Source: Camelus ferus
Lineage: Eukaryota
Direction: 5' to 3'
Length of the DNA: 64,000 nt
NCBI RefSeq assembly: GCF_009834535.1
Contig: NC_045697.1
Span: forward strand, 30,878,001 to 30,942,000
How positions within the stretch are numbered: position 1 is the first letter of the stretch; every line of letters begins with the position of its first letter. The translations under genes were made by a program, and so were the position numbers. The notes below the pieces were generated by a model. The model was not told where the DNA came from. It saw nothing but the letters and a program-made list of their open reading frames with translations, and did not search any database. Of this stretch, positions 1 to 12,450 are shown piece after piece.

Positions 1-235
1 CAGTTGTTTTGTAGAGCATCCTTCAGTATGGGTTTGTCTTATGTCTCCTCGGGGTTCTGGCAGGAATGCTGCAGATGTGATGTGTTCTCAGTGCAGCCTA
101 TCAGGAGGCATGTGGTGTGGATACCCCATTACCACTGATGTTAATTTTCATCACTTGGTTAAGGTGGTGACTGCCAGCTTGCTCCACTGAAAGGTTACTG
201 TTTATCCTTTTGTATTTAGAAACGTGGTGGGGAGA
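1..235 (-). mobile_element. Old L1 3' UTR fragment (L1MC4/5-like)
   Basis: Characteristic antisense motif 'gatgttaattttcatcacttggttaaggtggtg...gctccactgaaaggttact'. Confidence 0.7.
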
Positions 236-993
236 CTAGATTTATATTTTTAACAAGTCATACAGTGTAATTCCACTCTGCATATTTGGAAAAGAAGTTT
301 TGTTTCTTTTTCTTCTTTCTTTTTTTCCAGATCTGCTCCTTACTTGTCCACTTGCCTATTCTCAGCTCTGCCGCTGGTACCTACCCTTTACATGTCTCGG
401 GTTCAGGCCTGTCCACACTGGCCTTAGCAGTGTTCAGGGGTGGGGGGAAGAGCCCTCAGTTCCCATTACTCCCCATCTCTTCAATCCTCAGAACACAGCT
501 GTCAAAACTACATGAAAAGTACTTTGGTAAGAGCCTCACGGCTTACTGAAAGGGATTATATAAAATGGAAAATAAGAGGATGTTTCTTTTTAAATTGATG
601 ACATTTAATAAAGCTTTTTCTGCTCAGTAATTGACCTAATGCCTTTCTTACAAAAGACGTTGAGGCAATTCGTTCCAGGGACTCTACATGCTCCTTCCTT
701 TCTGTTATGGGTGAAGCTTAGTTCCTACATGAGGTCAAAGTCACTAAACCTAAAAAATACTATTATTACACCTAAAAATTAATATTGATTTCTTAATATT
801 ATTACACATCTAGCAAAAGCTCAAAGTTCTTTAACTTTTAGCAATTCTTTGCAGATAAGTTGAATGGAAAATTAGGGGAAATGTTCTCATTATAGAAAAA
901 CTCTTGATGTTAGCACAATTGAACAGCCGCAGTGAAAGGAAACATTTTACTCAACCTGTAAGAAATCTTGTTGCTTCTAGTTTTTCTTTGTAG

Positions 994-1332
994 ATTAGAC
1001 AGTAGACAAATTATAGAGTAAACCGTATTCGATGTCTGTTTCCATAATGCATTCAGTAAGATGTTCAGGGACTGTGTGAGACATGAGATGCCACTTTCAG
1101 CGAGAGGTAACAGGAGCAGTAGCACATTTATTGAAATTTCTGCTCTGCAGAAAACCTGGTCCAATGCCTATTTCATCCTAAATAATAAGACGAAAAGCTC
1201 ATCTCACATTCTCTCAATGTCACTGCAGCTGATTTTCTGGCATTGGGAAGTAAATAGGGAGTTTTGTTTCTGTTTTTTCTTATCACAACACAGCATGTCT
1301 TGGAACAACTGACAATCGAGAATGTTGAAACA
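994..1332 (+). pseudogene. Fossil exon, C-type-lectin-like N-terminal half
   Basis: Acceptor tttttctttgtag at 981-993, donor gtgagt at 1333. Translation FIEISALQKTWSNAYFILNNKTK then (shifted) LISHSLNVTAADFL resembles CTL 'F.....KTW.NA...C....L.S......FL'. Confidence 0.4.
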
Positions 1333-2097
1333 GTGAGTGAATTATTTGCATTGGTCACCTTGAAGAAGTCTAAAGAATTTGGCAGGCATTCAAAAGCCAG
1401 AGATTGGATGAGTTAAGGGTAAAATTGATCTGTCTTGCAGCTTTTTGTCCAAAAGACTGCCTCCCTTTGTTGTAGCTTCGGAGTCTGAATTCTCTTGTTT
1501 GGCACACTGAGAGGTTTTAAAAGCCCTGACAAATACCCAGTAAAATCTATCAAGCAAGGTCAAGGAACCTGCTTCCTCCCATCCACAGATAGGCAGCCAG
1601 GCAGCTTGCTTAGGCATACAGAGAGCAACTCAGAGCAGTGCAGCCTGTTTCCCTTGAGCTCTCTTCTCTTATTTCCTCTCAGTACCTTCAACTGTCTGAG
1701 CATCTGACTCAGACATAGCAGAGCTACTGTTGCTGCCGGAGGGTAGTGGTTTGTTCTGTTATCCTGGAATGCCCTTGTACTGAGAAAATCAGAAGCTGGG
1801 GAACGCAGTGAATTTTCCCACTGTGTGCATCTCTCACTAGCTCTTCCTGCTTCTGTTTCTTCCTACCATTTTAGAGGGAATGACCATCTTACTTTTCAGG
1901 CTACCAGCTTGGTCTGTGGAATCAGCTGGATACATTTAATGCACACAGAAGAGACGCTTACAAAGCAGGTAGCAGAAATGAGAATAGGAGGTTTCATTTT
2001 TCTGATCCCTTGGAGAATGAGATATTTCACGTGAGTGTATTTTTCTAGGCAGCTGAAAATTCTGCCCTCAACATGGAAATTTGTTTTTAACTTAGGT

Positions 2098-2330
2098 AAG
2101 TGGTATAGCATAGTGGTTAAGCACACAGACTCTGAGGCAGATGGTTTGTACTTGAGTGTTGACTCTACCTCTTTCCAGCTTTGTAACTTTGGGCACTGTC
2201 CTTAACCTCTCGTGCCTCAGTTTCCTCATCTATAAAGTGGGGGTCATAATAGTTTCTATCTTATTAAGGATTAAGCAGTATTAAATGTAAAGCACTTAGA
2301 ACCATGCCAATATGTTGAGTCACAGTAGAG
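2098..2330 (+). mobile_element. MIR SINE
   Basis: Core 'cttaacctctcgtgcctcagtttcctcatctataaagtgggg' plus head 'gcatagtggttaag'. Confidence 0.9.
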
Positions 2331-2757
2331 TTGTTTTTATTTTTATTATTAATTCAACCATTCCTGTACAAATCTTGCTGTAAAATGGGACCCACCTTGT
2401 TTTATTTTACAGAAAATGTTGAACATTGAGTACTCAGTGCCTTTATACACAGAGAAATAGTGCAGTCACACCTTCAGACAGTGCTGTGAAGATGATGGCG
2501 ATGTAATGGTAATTGATACTGTTTATGGAGAAGCCTTCATGAATGTTGCTGGTAATCCCTACAGTGAACCTGTAAGACAGGCCTACTTACAAGTAGGCTG
2601 AGAGGATCTAAGTACTTGCTGGACTTCATGCAGCTAGAAGCAGACGGTTTGACACGCCAGCTCAGGGCTGTATGACCTCAGGGTTGTGTGACCTCAGGGC
2701 TGGAGCTCTTGGTCACCTCACCATCCTGCCTGGTGGCTAGGGCTCTAGTCCCCACGC

Positions 2758-2920
2758 CTGTGTTTCTCGGACTTGAGCGTGCATTCGCACCACGTGGAGG
2801 GCTTGTTCAAACACTGGTAAGATGGCTGGTCTCCACCTTGGAGGCTGAGAACCAGCATCCTGAGTTGCTGGGTGGTCTTGCTGCTGCTGGTCCAGACATC
2901 AGTCACACTTTGCAAACTGC
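2758..2920. mobile_element. MER5A-like hAT-Charlie DNA transposon relic
   Basis: 'tttctcggacttgagcgtgcatt...ggagggcttgtt' and 'tgctgctggtcc...cacacttt' ends. Confidence 0.65.
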
Positions 2921-3224
2921 TACGGATACCATATTACTCCTGACTATTTTTAATACCAATTTTTAAAATTATCTTATTAATGGCAGTTGCCCCTTCAAGC
3001 TGTCAGTGTGTTCTTTTACTTTCAAACACTATTACACACACATTCAGCTGTTTTAAAACTTTTGGTGGCCCAACTCCTATGGTGTTGAATTTATGGATTT
3101 TACAGCAGCTGCTGCCATTTGGAAGTTCCTTTCTCTTGCAGCTCAGTTCCCTGGTGCATTTGGTCCTTTGACTCTGCCAGGGACTTAACTTCCTTGCCTG
3201 TTGCTTCTTTGTATTTTAATGTAG

Positions 3225-3409
3225 GAAAAGTATCGGGTGACTGAGCTTCATGTATTTAAAATCTGCATCGCATGCCGCTTTCTCCCCTTCTCAGCGTTGA
3301 GGGCTTTACACCATCAGGGATTATTCTGTAACAGAGTGGAGCAAAATCTAAAACACTGTGACTTGGCTTTTTAGCCTCCTTAACACCATAATCTCATTTC
3401 AAGGACCTG
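3225..3409 (+). pseudogene. Possible fossil exon, SRCR-like
   Basis: After an aatgtag acceptor, one frame reads ICIACRFLPFSALRALHHQGLFCNRVEQNLKHCDL, resembling SRCR 'V.CR.LG' and 'C.G.E..L..C'. Spacing is shorter than canonical and the donor is weak. Confidence 0.3.
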
Positions 3410-4129
3410 GTGTTAGTACCTATTTCTCCATATTTAGTCCTGAATTATATCAGTATAGTTCTAAAATCCTATGCAAGCCATGGGATCATCACAGAGTTGG
3501 GTCTAGCAAGGTTTTTTTTTTTTCTTGGTAAAACTTTTTTTTCCCGTCTTACGATAACAGAGGATATAGATCCTTGATTCCAGAGCTGTTCCTCCTTAGC
3601 TTAACAGAATAAGAGACAGAAAGCTCACAATTTTGGCTTCCTCCAGTGCGATTCCTTCCTTTATTAAAATATGGATAACTTTGGGTGTACTTCTATGAGA
3701 AACTGCATCATGACAGGGAGCTATGTTGACTCACTTGTTCCCTTGGTCTCATATTTATCTTCTTCATTTTTTTTTTTTTTTTTTTGGCTCTTCAGTGGTA
3801 AACTGAAGGAAACACAACTTTAAAAATAGCTCAAGTTATCATTCTAGACCAAATTTTGTGGTCTGGCTAATTCATACTCCCTTCCAATTTCCTGTTATAA
3901 ACCCATGTTTTTATTTCTATGTTGCTCAATACTTTAAACATAGGCCTCTTCTGTGTTAGTCATCTTCCAACCCTTCTCTGTACCTACTTCTGGACTTCAT
4001 GTTGAAAGAGAAAAATAAACATTTATTAGTATAAACCCCTGTCTTGGGATTTCCACTACTTTTAACTGAATACATTCCTGAGCTGAGTCTCTTACATTGT
4101 TAGAATTCTGTAAGATAGGACTATTCTAG

Positions 4130-4600
4130 AGTTAGTTAATTTAGTGGCTCAACAGAGTCATCAGAAACTGTGATTCTTGCCCTCTTTCTGCTTTTTCATT
4201 CCCTGCCTGACAGCAGATTACCTCTTGGTTGCTTAGTGACTGAACAAGTGCCAGACATCATGTACTGTCATATTAATGTCAAGAAGAAAGTTAAAAAGAA
4301 ATCTTTCTATCTTGGGTCTCTTTTTAAGAGAAGGAAAATATTTCTCCAAAGTCTCTCATCAGACTTCTGTGTATGCCTCATTAGACAGAACTGGGTCACA
4401 TGCTTCATGCCAAACCAAACCTTTGCCTAGGGGGATAAAACAATCATGATTGGCTCCAGCCAATCAGGAGTCACCTGCTGAGGAAGAAGGTGGATTCTGT
4501 CTTCCCTAAAAAAAAATGTGGCCACATGGAGGACAACTAATAAGATAAAGGTTCTGTTAAGAGGAAGAAGTGGAGCTGCTGGGGTAGCAACTGACTGTCA
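4130..4600 (-). mobile_element. Old MaLR LTR (MLT1K/L-like)
   Basis: 'ctcattagacagaactgggtcacatg...atcatgattggc...ccaatcagga' motifs. Confidence 0.65.
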
Positions 4601-5884
4601 CCAGAACGCAACTGGCCTCTTTGGCCTCAGTCACTCTCCTGGATTCATGGAACTCTCATGAATGATCTTTAGAGAGATGTGGAATATTTAGTACAGGGTG
4701 ATAAACTCTCATCTAAGAGGAATAAAGCTACAGTTGGAGGAGGAATTTTGTTTAAAAAGTAATCATTAAAGATGTGCTACAAAACAGCCCACACAGAAGA
4801 CTTTCACTTTACTCTTTGAATAACTTCAGCTTCTTGGAAAGTAATTTTAATCTAAGGCAGGCACATTGATAAAAATGTCTGGAAAATGAGAGGCTGCAAG
4901 GAATGAGAAGAAAGTGAGATGGTGTGACTTGCTGGCCATTGTTTATTTTTGAGCTGAAGCTTTGTGGTGATTCTTAATTAAGTCTTGCAGAGCCTTGCTG
5001 AGGAATGTGATCTCAGCACCTGAGATTTGTCCCCAGCAGGAGCTCGTGAGCTTAGGTGGTTTGTAGGGATGATGCAAGAGTCTGGTAAACTCAGAACCAT
5101 GAGGGCTGGGTTCAAAAGAGCACAAACCAGGACCCTGGCATTTTGTGATTAAAAGATAAATTTTAAAAAGTTTACAAGTCCTCCCAATTTATAAGTAACT
5201 AGATAAATATATCAAGAATAAATCAAGCAGACCTATCTATGCAAAAGTATGAAACAGACAATAATAAACTGTGTGTGTCTAGTTTGGAGACATCACCGGA
5301 AAAGATGGGCATATTGAGTCCAGCTATCACTCAAGGCAGAATTAACATTAACTTTTGCCTCATGAAAGATTATATTTTCCCCATTGTCAGTGGTTCTTGG
5401 TAGCAGTCTGTATAACTTCCTTAATGATCTGCATTGGCATGTTTAGTATGAGACGTGCCCTTTCCTATTAATATGTAGCAATGGCACTCAGGAATGAGTT
5501 CTCCTTTTCACAACTCATTTTCTTATTCTTCAGTTCTTGTTGTATGGCCAGGTAGCTACAAAATGATTTCATATTCTAGACCAACACAACTCTTAAAGGG
5601 GTATTTACCTGCTTATTGCTTCACATTGTATACTTTTATTTTTTAGATTTTAGTATGAGCTTGATATTTTAACCAAAAACACTGAGAAAGCAAATCAGAT
5701 CTGATTTTGTCACAGAGTATTTGGACAAGAAAAGGACCTCCTATTTGCCCCTGTTATAGCCATGGTTACTCTAAATATTCAGTTCTTCTTAAGACCTTCT
5801 ACCGAGCATTGTGCTCCCTGGCAGCCTAATGCCAGGACACCATCATTTTCTTCTAATCCTAATATATCACTGTATGTATGAATC

Positions 5885-6100
5885 TTTGACTCGAATTCCA
5901 GGTCTGCCACTTACTAAATGTGTGACTTGGGGCAAGATACTTAGTCTCTCTGTGTCTCAATATCCTCACCTATAAAATGGGAGCTGATAATATTATTTAT
6001 TCCTTAGAGTTGTTATGAGGATTAAATTAGTTAACATAGGTGAAGTCCTTCAGAACAGTGTCTGGCCTCATAGGCATGCAATAAGCATTAGCTGTTATTC
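5885..6100 (+). mobile_element. MIR SINE
   Basis: 'tgtgtgacttggggcaag...tcctcacctataaaatggga...gttatgaggattaaat'. Confidence 0.9.
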
Positions 6101-6119
6101 CAATAGTTGTTTAGAAGAC

Positions 6120-6760
6120 GTTAAAAATAAAACAATTCTCAATCCTGGCAAAAGATGGCTGGAATCTGTTAAAGATCTTTATGGAGAAAATTATAAAACA
6201 TTAAAAATATTTTACATTAATTATTGTATATGTGTTAAATATAAGATCTGAAAATGGAGAGATACCATGTTCATAGACTCAAGGAATCCTATATCATAAT
6301 AATGTAAAATCCTCTAAATTAAATTACTTATAAATTCATTTCCAAGCAAAATACCAATTCGGGTTTTTTTTTTTTTTTGCTATGAAATTTGATAAGCTGA
6401 CCCAAAATTTATGTGGAAGAGTCAGGATCCTAGAATAACCAAGATAAAGAACAAGATTGAGGAACTGCCTTACCAGGTATCAATCATTACTATAAAACTG
6501 TAATGATGAGAACAGTATACTATTAACTAGAGATAAACTAAAAGGCCAGTGGAATAGAAAAGAGGATTCAGGAGATACCAACATAAATGTAAACTTTCAG
6601 TTTTTAAAAAGAGTAACAATATAAATTAATGAGTGAAGGCTGTACAGAAAATTGACTATCCACGTTTAAAAATTAAAATACTTTTCTTCTCAAGCTATGT
6701 GAGAAAGAATAAAGATGGTTGGAAAAATCTAAATGTAGGCGTATATTTAGAAAGGACTGG
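6120..6760 (+). mobile_element. Degenerate L1 ORF2 fragment
   Basis: VKDLYGENYKTL (ORF 6015) and 'aaatggagagataccatgttcat' are typical of L1 ORF2. Confidence 0.8.
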
Positions 6761-7039
6761 AAGTATCCAGCTCAAAGTCATCATGATGAGGAGACAGAGT
6801 GGGGGTAGGAGAGTTAAATAGAACTGAAAAAATTAAAGTAGACTATGTCATATCAGCATTTATATCAGCAAGGCTAGACTGCCATGGATTTGAGTGTCCA
6901 CCATAGGAATGGACAATTACATAATTAGAGCAGAGGATGTGGACTAGGTCCAAGATAAAAGCATTGCCATAGTCCTGGCTCCTGGCTGAGAATGTCATCA
7001 TTGGTCTTATGAAGGGAATTCATACAAATGCTATGATCA

Positions 7040-7260
7040 CACTGTAAGCTTTCACTTTTTTATTCAATCTATTGAACACATATTTATTGAAAATCTAATC
7101 TGTATCAGGCACTAGTCTAAATACTGAGGGTTCAGCAGTGCAAGACAAGATCCCTGCTCTCAAGGTCAGTCTCTGGTGAGAAGGACATACTTTAAAATAA
7201 TAACTACTCAGACAAATATGCCATTACAAAATTTGATCTTGCTATAAAAGAAAACTAATG
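7040..7260 (-). mobile_element. L2 3' end
   Basis: 'catatttattga...caggcact...agatccctgctctcaagg'. Confidence 0.7.
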
Positions 7261-7494
7261 ACAATTGTGTGTTATCTGGAATTTATCAAATTTACTGAAG
7301 AAAACACTTTATAGTTAAAATAGTTCTTTGCCAGTTATCAATCTATTGCCTCTCATCTTGGATTCCGCCCATCATAACCCTGTATGCATTTGTGAGTAAA
7401 AGGCATTAAATGTTTTCTTAGTTTGTGATTCATTAAAAAAAAGAGAGAGAATGATTCTTTGCTCAATGCTTTGTTCTAGGGTTAAAGCAAAGTC

Positions 7495-7680
7495 TGTATA
7501 GTAGGTTGAATAATGGCTCACAAAACGTCCAGGTCCTAATCCCTGGAACCTGTGAATGTAACCTTATTTGGAAATAGTATCTTTGCAGATGTAATTAAAT
7601 TAAGACAAGATTATACTATCTTCGAGTGGACCCTAAACTCAGTATGTCTGATCTCCTTATAAAAGAGGGAAATTTGCACA
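7495..7680 (+). mobile_element. MLT1B/C LTR 5' part
   Basis: 'gtcctaatccctggaacctgtgaatgtaaccttatttggaaatag...tttgcagatgtaattaa'. Confidence 0.85.
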
Positions 7681-8660
7681 GGAAAATCTCAGAACACTTG
7701 GGAACTCTTTACAACACACTATAAATAAACAGCACATTCTAAATATTCATAGAGGAAGTCTCAAAGGAAATGAAAAAATGCATTGAACTGAATGAAAATG
7801 TGCCGTATTAAAGTGTGTAGGACATAGCTGAAGCACATCAAGCAAATTTTATAGCACTAAGCACATTTATTGGAAAAGAGAAGTCTCAAATCAGTAGTCT
7901 AAGCTCTCGTCCCAAGCACCTAGAAAAAAGAAGAGCAAAATAAACCCACGTCAAACTGAAGGAAGAAAATAATAAAGATATAAACAGAAATCAATGAAAT
8001 TGAAAATAGACAATAAAGAAAGTCTGTGAATCAAAGAACTGGGTCTTCGAAAAGATCAATAAAATTGGCAACCCTCTAGGAAGTCTGTCGGAGGGAAAAA
8101 GAGGAAGGGCGCAAATAACCAGGAAGAAAAGGGGAAGTCTCTAAAACCAATGCAGACATCAAGATGATAATAATAGGGGAATAATGCAAACAGTTCTACA
8201 CACAGAAATTTGACAGTTTAGATGAAATGAACCAATTCCTCAAAAAACACAAGCTATGACATCTCACCCAATATGAAATAAATAATTTGGATAGCCCTAT
8301 GATTATTAAATAAATCGAAATTTGTAATGAAAAAAAAAACTGTCAAAAGAAATTTCCAAGCCCAGATTATTTCACTGGAGAATCCTACTAACCATTTAAA
8401 GAAGAATTAATACCAATTCTATACCATCTCTTCCAGAAAATAGAAGAGAGAAAATACTCCTCAGTTTATTTCATGAAGCTCCTATTGCCCTTATACCAAA
8501 ACCGAACGAAGACGGTAGAAAAAAAGGAAAACTGTAGATAATGTTTCTTATAAATACAGATGCAAAAATCCTTAACAAAGTATTAATAAATAGAATTCTT
8601 CAATATATGGAAAGAACTACAGCCCATGACCAAGTGGAGTTTATTCCACGGATGCATTAA
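7681..8660 (+). mobile_element. Old L1 ORF2 fragment
   Basis: A-rich L1 ORF2 motifs such as 'gaaaagatcaataaaattg', 'ccagattatttcactggagaat' and 'gatgcaaaaatccttaacaaa'. Confidence 0.9.
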
Positions 8661-8773
8661 GAATTTAGAAGCCCAATGAAATGGTTTTATTTTTAAAGAA
8701 GATTTGAGCATAAAGTAAAATACAAAACTACGGAATTTTTTTGTACTTAGTTATTTTCTTTCTTTAAACACAG

Positions 8774-8899
8774 GATATGCTCAGTAGTGCTATAAAGTGC
8801 ACCGTGCTGTTTGGTTATCATGGGCGCTGCATACACCCGGGAATATAAACCAAGGTGTTGATTCCATTTCCTTTTACTATTTATGCAGTTTCCTCTAAG
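8774..8899 (+). pseudogene. Fossil exon, C-type lectin N-terminal half
   Basis: Strong splice sites (tttctttaaacacag| ... AAG|gtgagc), 126 nt, phase 1-1. A single frame reads YAQ*CYKVHRAVWLSWALHTPGNINQGVDSISFYYLCSFL*, matching mannose-receptor-type CTLD 'Y...CYK.H....SW..A......G..SI......FL'. Confidence 0.55.
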
Positions 8900-9272
8900 G
8901 TGAGCTTACAGCAGTTTTGTGTGAATATTTTCATAAGTTGCATTTACAAGAGAAATATAACTACAGGGTGGTTTTTAAAATGAACGTCTAAAAATCACAG
9001 CATTGCTTTATTAATGAAATGCGCATTTTGGCTTGTTAGATATCATTTCTCAGTAGATGATTACACTTACAAATATAAACTTAGTTGAATCCTTGCCTCT
9101 ACTGAACACCCAGTGATCGAGCATTGTCAATTTCAAAAGGCCCCTAAATGAAAATGGCCTCCTTCCTGCTCCCTCTTAGAAACAAGTTATAGAAATGAAA
9201 GGACGTGCAATATATTTTACGTCTAATATGGAATTAACAAATCTCTAGGAAGTTATTTTTCATATTTTACAG

Positions 9273-9407
9273 ACAGTCTTATTAAGATCAAAATCTAAGC
9301 ACCTTTATGGCTGCCTTAGAATGTAATGTGTCGGTACTAGGCATCAGCTTTATTTTTCTGCGTTCTCTGTAGAGATACTGTTCCTAGATGTTTCCATGCT
9401 TTTTGTG
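9273..9407 (+). pseudogene. Fossil exon following the CTL exon
   Basis: tttttcatattttacag| ... GTG|gtaagt, 135 nt, phase 1-1. In frame with the previous exon it reads SLIKIKI*APLWLP*, placing a 'LW' where the CTL WIGL motif is expected. Confidence 0.45.
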
Positions 9408-9729
9408 GTAAGTTTACCTTAGCATACATCCCAATGATTAGGCCATAATATAAACAATTTACATGGATGAATATTGTCATTTTTCAATGGTAGAATCTGT
9501 AAGTAAGAATAGAGTAACAAAAACAGAAAAATGACAGAAGATACAACAAAAATCCAAATTTTAAAAATTATATTTAGCAAGGTGAGGATTATTCTTCATA
9601 ATTTTATAGGGAGATGAGTACAATATTGGTAGGTAGGAATGTATAATAGCTCATTGTTGTGTTTAATATTCCTTTGTATAAAACAATGTTGGCATTCATA
9701 TTCATAGAAACACTGTGGTTTTTATTTTT

Positions 9730-10310
9730 ATGAAGACCCAGTAGCAAGCACGTTTGTAACATGAAAGATTTGGATTCAATTCCCTTCACATAAAACCAGC
9801 ATCGTACACAGAACTCATTAATTTATCCTCAATTGATGTGTAAATTATTGAGCCAATCTTGATTTGCCAGCTAAATGGAATATGAGATCTCAAAGGGCGG
9901 TATTTATTAATTTCTAGGAGGGCTTTATCTATTTCTACCCTGCTTCTGAAAGATACAAAGAGGAAATTGCAGCTTTTGTGGCTTATTAAGGAATGAAACA
10001 CAAACCAGTTGACCCTAAACTTCAGAGCAGGAGCTGAACTTTAAGATCTCTTTTGTTTGGTTTACCTTCAGCTACCTCATAAGAAGAAATTGATTTTTGA
10101 TTCATACTTATATTTTCAAATGTTGATTCGTCCTCTTCATTGATCTTATTTGCCTTTTTATTTAAGAAAACTTCCTTCATGCATGATTGAATTGTTAGAC
10201 TCATGCATCCAATTGCTTTGTCTCCTGATATTACAAAGAGTTTTTCCAGAAAATGACATTAGGAGATTCCTGGCAAATGATTGGATTGGCAAATAATTCA
10301 GGCAGATTAA
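9730..10310 (+). pseudogene. Fossil large exon, SEA-domain-like
   Basis: From 9805: YTELINLSSIDV*IIEPILICQLNGI*DLK, then (shifted) AVFINF*EGFIYF, resembling SEA 'Y..L.N.SS......I..QL......V..F..G.V'. Boundaries uncertain. Confidence 0.35.
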
Positions 10311-10329
10311 AAATAATATCAATTACACA

Positions 10330-11070
10330 TAAGAAAAAATTAATATATATAAAAATGCCAAGCATTCATGAGGATGTGGGGGAAGATGAAACCACGTACA
10401 TGTTGGTTGGAGTATAAGTTGGTTTGACGACTTTGGAGAGCAATTTGGAAATACCTTGTAGAGGTGAATTTGCATCTGCCTTACCATCCTACTAGTCTAC
10501 TTCTTTACCCTAGAAAACCCCAGGCATTTGTGCATAGGGAGATTCTTTGAGCAAGTTTGTAACAAGGGAAATAGTTTACTCAACAGTGAATAAATGTATA
10601 AAACATTGTTTATACGTTGTTATACATTGTCAAACAATTACTATGCAAAGATTTATAATGAATGTTCCAGATCTACAAGGGTAAATACAGTTAATTTTTT
10701 AAAAAATGCAATGCTGAAAAAAGAGTTAGTTGCAAATTATACTTAAAGCATAATTCATTTATGCAGAGTTAAAAAAATTGTACTATTTATGGATATTACA
10801 CACATAATAAAGTAGAAAAACATCATGAATGCAATACACACCAGCATTAAGACAGTGGTTACTGCTGGGAAGGAAAATGGCAGATTGAAGATAGAGATGT
10901 AGGTGTAACATTTCATTTTTTATAAAACAAAGTGAGAGAATTGAAGTAAAGAAAGCAAAACATCAACATATGCTTTATCTGGGTATTTTAGCATTGTCAG
11001 CATTTACAGGTGTCTTTCACATTGTCTTTTGTACTCTGATATGTTTAAGTGATTTTACAGTTAAGAAAAA
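10330..11070 (+). mobile_element. L1ME-type 3' end
   Basis: 'gaggatgtgggg...gactttggagagcaatttgg' plus a degraded 3' UTR ending in an A-run. Confidence 0.75.
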
Positions 11071-12269
11071 AAATTCTAATTACTAACTGTGAAGGGTTGA
11101 GTTAACCAAGTGAATATAACCCTTTTAGAGGTAAAACCACCAAAGTAGGGAAATGAAGAGGTTTTATTCTAAGCTGGCCCAAGTAAGTAGCAAGAAGAAT
11201 TAATTTGTCGGGGAAAAAATTAATTTGAAAATAGACCAGGTGAAACTGCTGTTCTCATGGGAACTTAATCTCTTCTGGTACAATCTTCTTTAAAGGAACC
11301 TTAAGAAGTTAACTTCTCCAATACTCTTATTTTCTCAATAATAAAACATAATGATAATAATATTGCACAAAATTTAACAAGCACTTATGTTCAAATGATT
11401 TATACTTTTCTCTTATCTAATCCTCACAATGTCTCTATGAAGTGGATGTTACTATAAACCACATTTAAAGATGGGCTAAGTACTTTCCCTAGCCACACAG
11501 CAGAGACAGTACACTGATAGCAAGATTAACTGTTAGAATCTTTACGAGAACAACAAATTAATAAGGACATCAATGAAACATTAAAAGTAACGGGGATGGT
11601 CCTTTCAACATCCCTCTGCTCTCCTTTTATAGTAGAATACCTCACTGAGTGGCTACCAAAAGAGTTTGATAATTAATTTAAGAAGGATTAAGCTTATGTA
11701 TTAACAGACACCATAACATCACTTTTTGATATGACATTTAACAGAGTTTCTTTTTATTTCAGTGTTAGGAACTTAAAACTAGTGAATATTAATATGTGAA
11801 TATTCAACACATTTTTAAAACATATAAACCTAAGTTTATATTAACAGGCACCTGTCTGAATAGAAAAGACATTGCTACTTCTATATTTCCTTCCAGCTCA
11901 AAAAATTCTTTGTATTGTTAGATTGATTAGATATTAGTTCTACTTCTGAGAAATAATAATCTGTTCATGAAGAAATACAAATTGCTCATTTGAGCACTTT
12001 AAAGATTTTAAGATTGAGAAATTGTATTTTCATATAATAAAATCAAAGCAGAAAAATTACCTAAAATATTCTTTAAATATATTTATTTTTCTCAGAAATA
12101 GGAGGAAGCTGATGAGGGTGGGATTAAATTCTGTCCTGCACCAACAAAGCTAAGTTTCTGAAGTTTATTTGGAAAGAGGCTTCAGTTTTATTTTAGAATT
12201 AATTATCATTCTGTTGAGCCATCAGATGCTCCAATAAGCAATTATCGTTTCCCATGCACTGAGCTGTCT

Positions 12270-12450
12270 TTACAAGTAGGATCTCATGCAGTCCTAACAA
12301 AACTGTCTACTCATTTTGCAGATGAGAAAACTGAGGATATGAGACGGGAAGTAAAGGGCCCAAGGTCACACAACTTGAGAGTAACAGAGTCATTATTCAA
12401 CTGAGAGTAGGATTCAAATCCATGCAGGCAACTCTGCTTTTCTGCCTCCT
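12270..12450 (-). mobile_element. MIR SINE (other minus MIRs at ~11350-11500, 14200-14420, 36180-36430, 41165-41400, 44820-44980)
   Basis: 'cattttgcagatgagaaaactgagg...cccaaggtcacaca...ggattcaaatcc'. Confidence 0.85.

Noticed and set aside
9604..10204. Three chained minus-strand ORFs, with SGDKAIG and KPNKRDLKV faintly resembling mononegavirus L-protein motifs (endogenous viral element)
   Set aside because: The downstream polymerase motifs (GRFF, LDYSSW/GDNQ-type) are absent. The ORFs are better explained as the antisense shadow of the plus-strand SEA-like exon.
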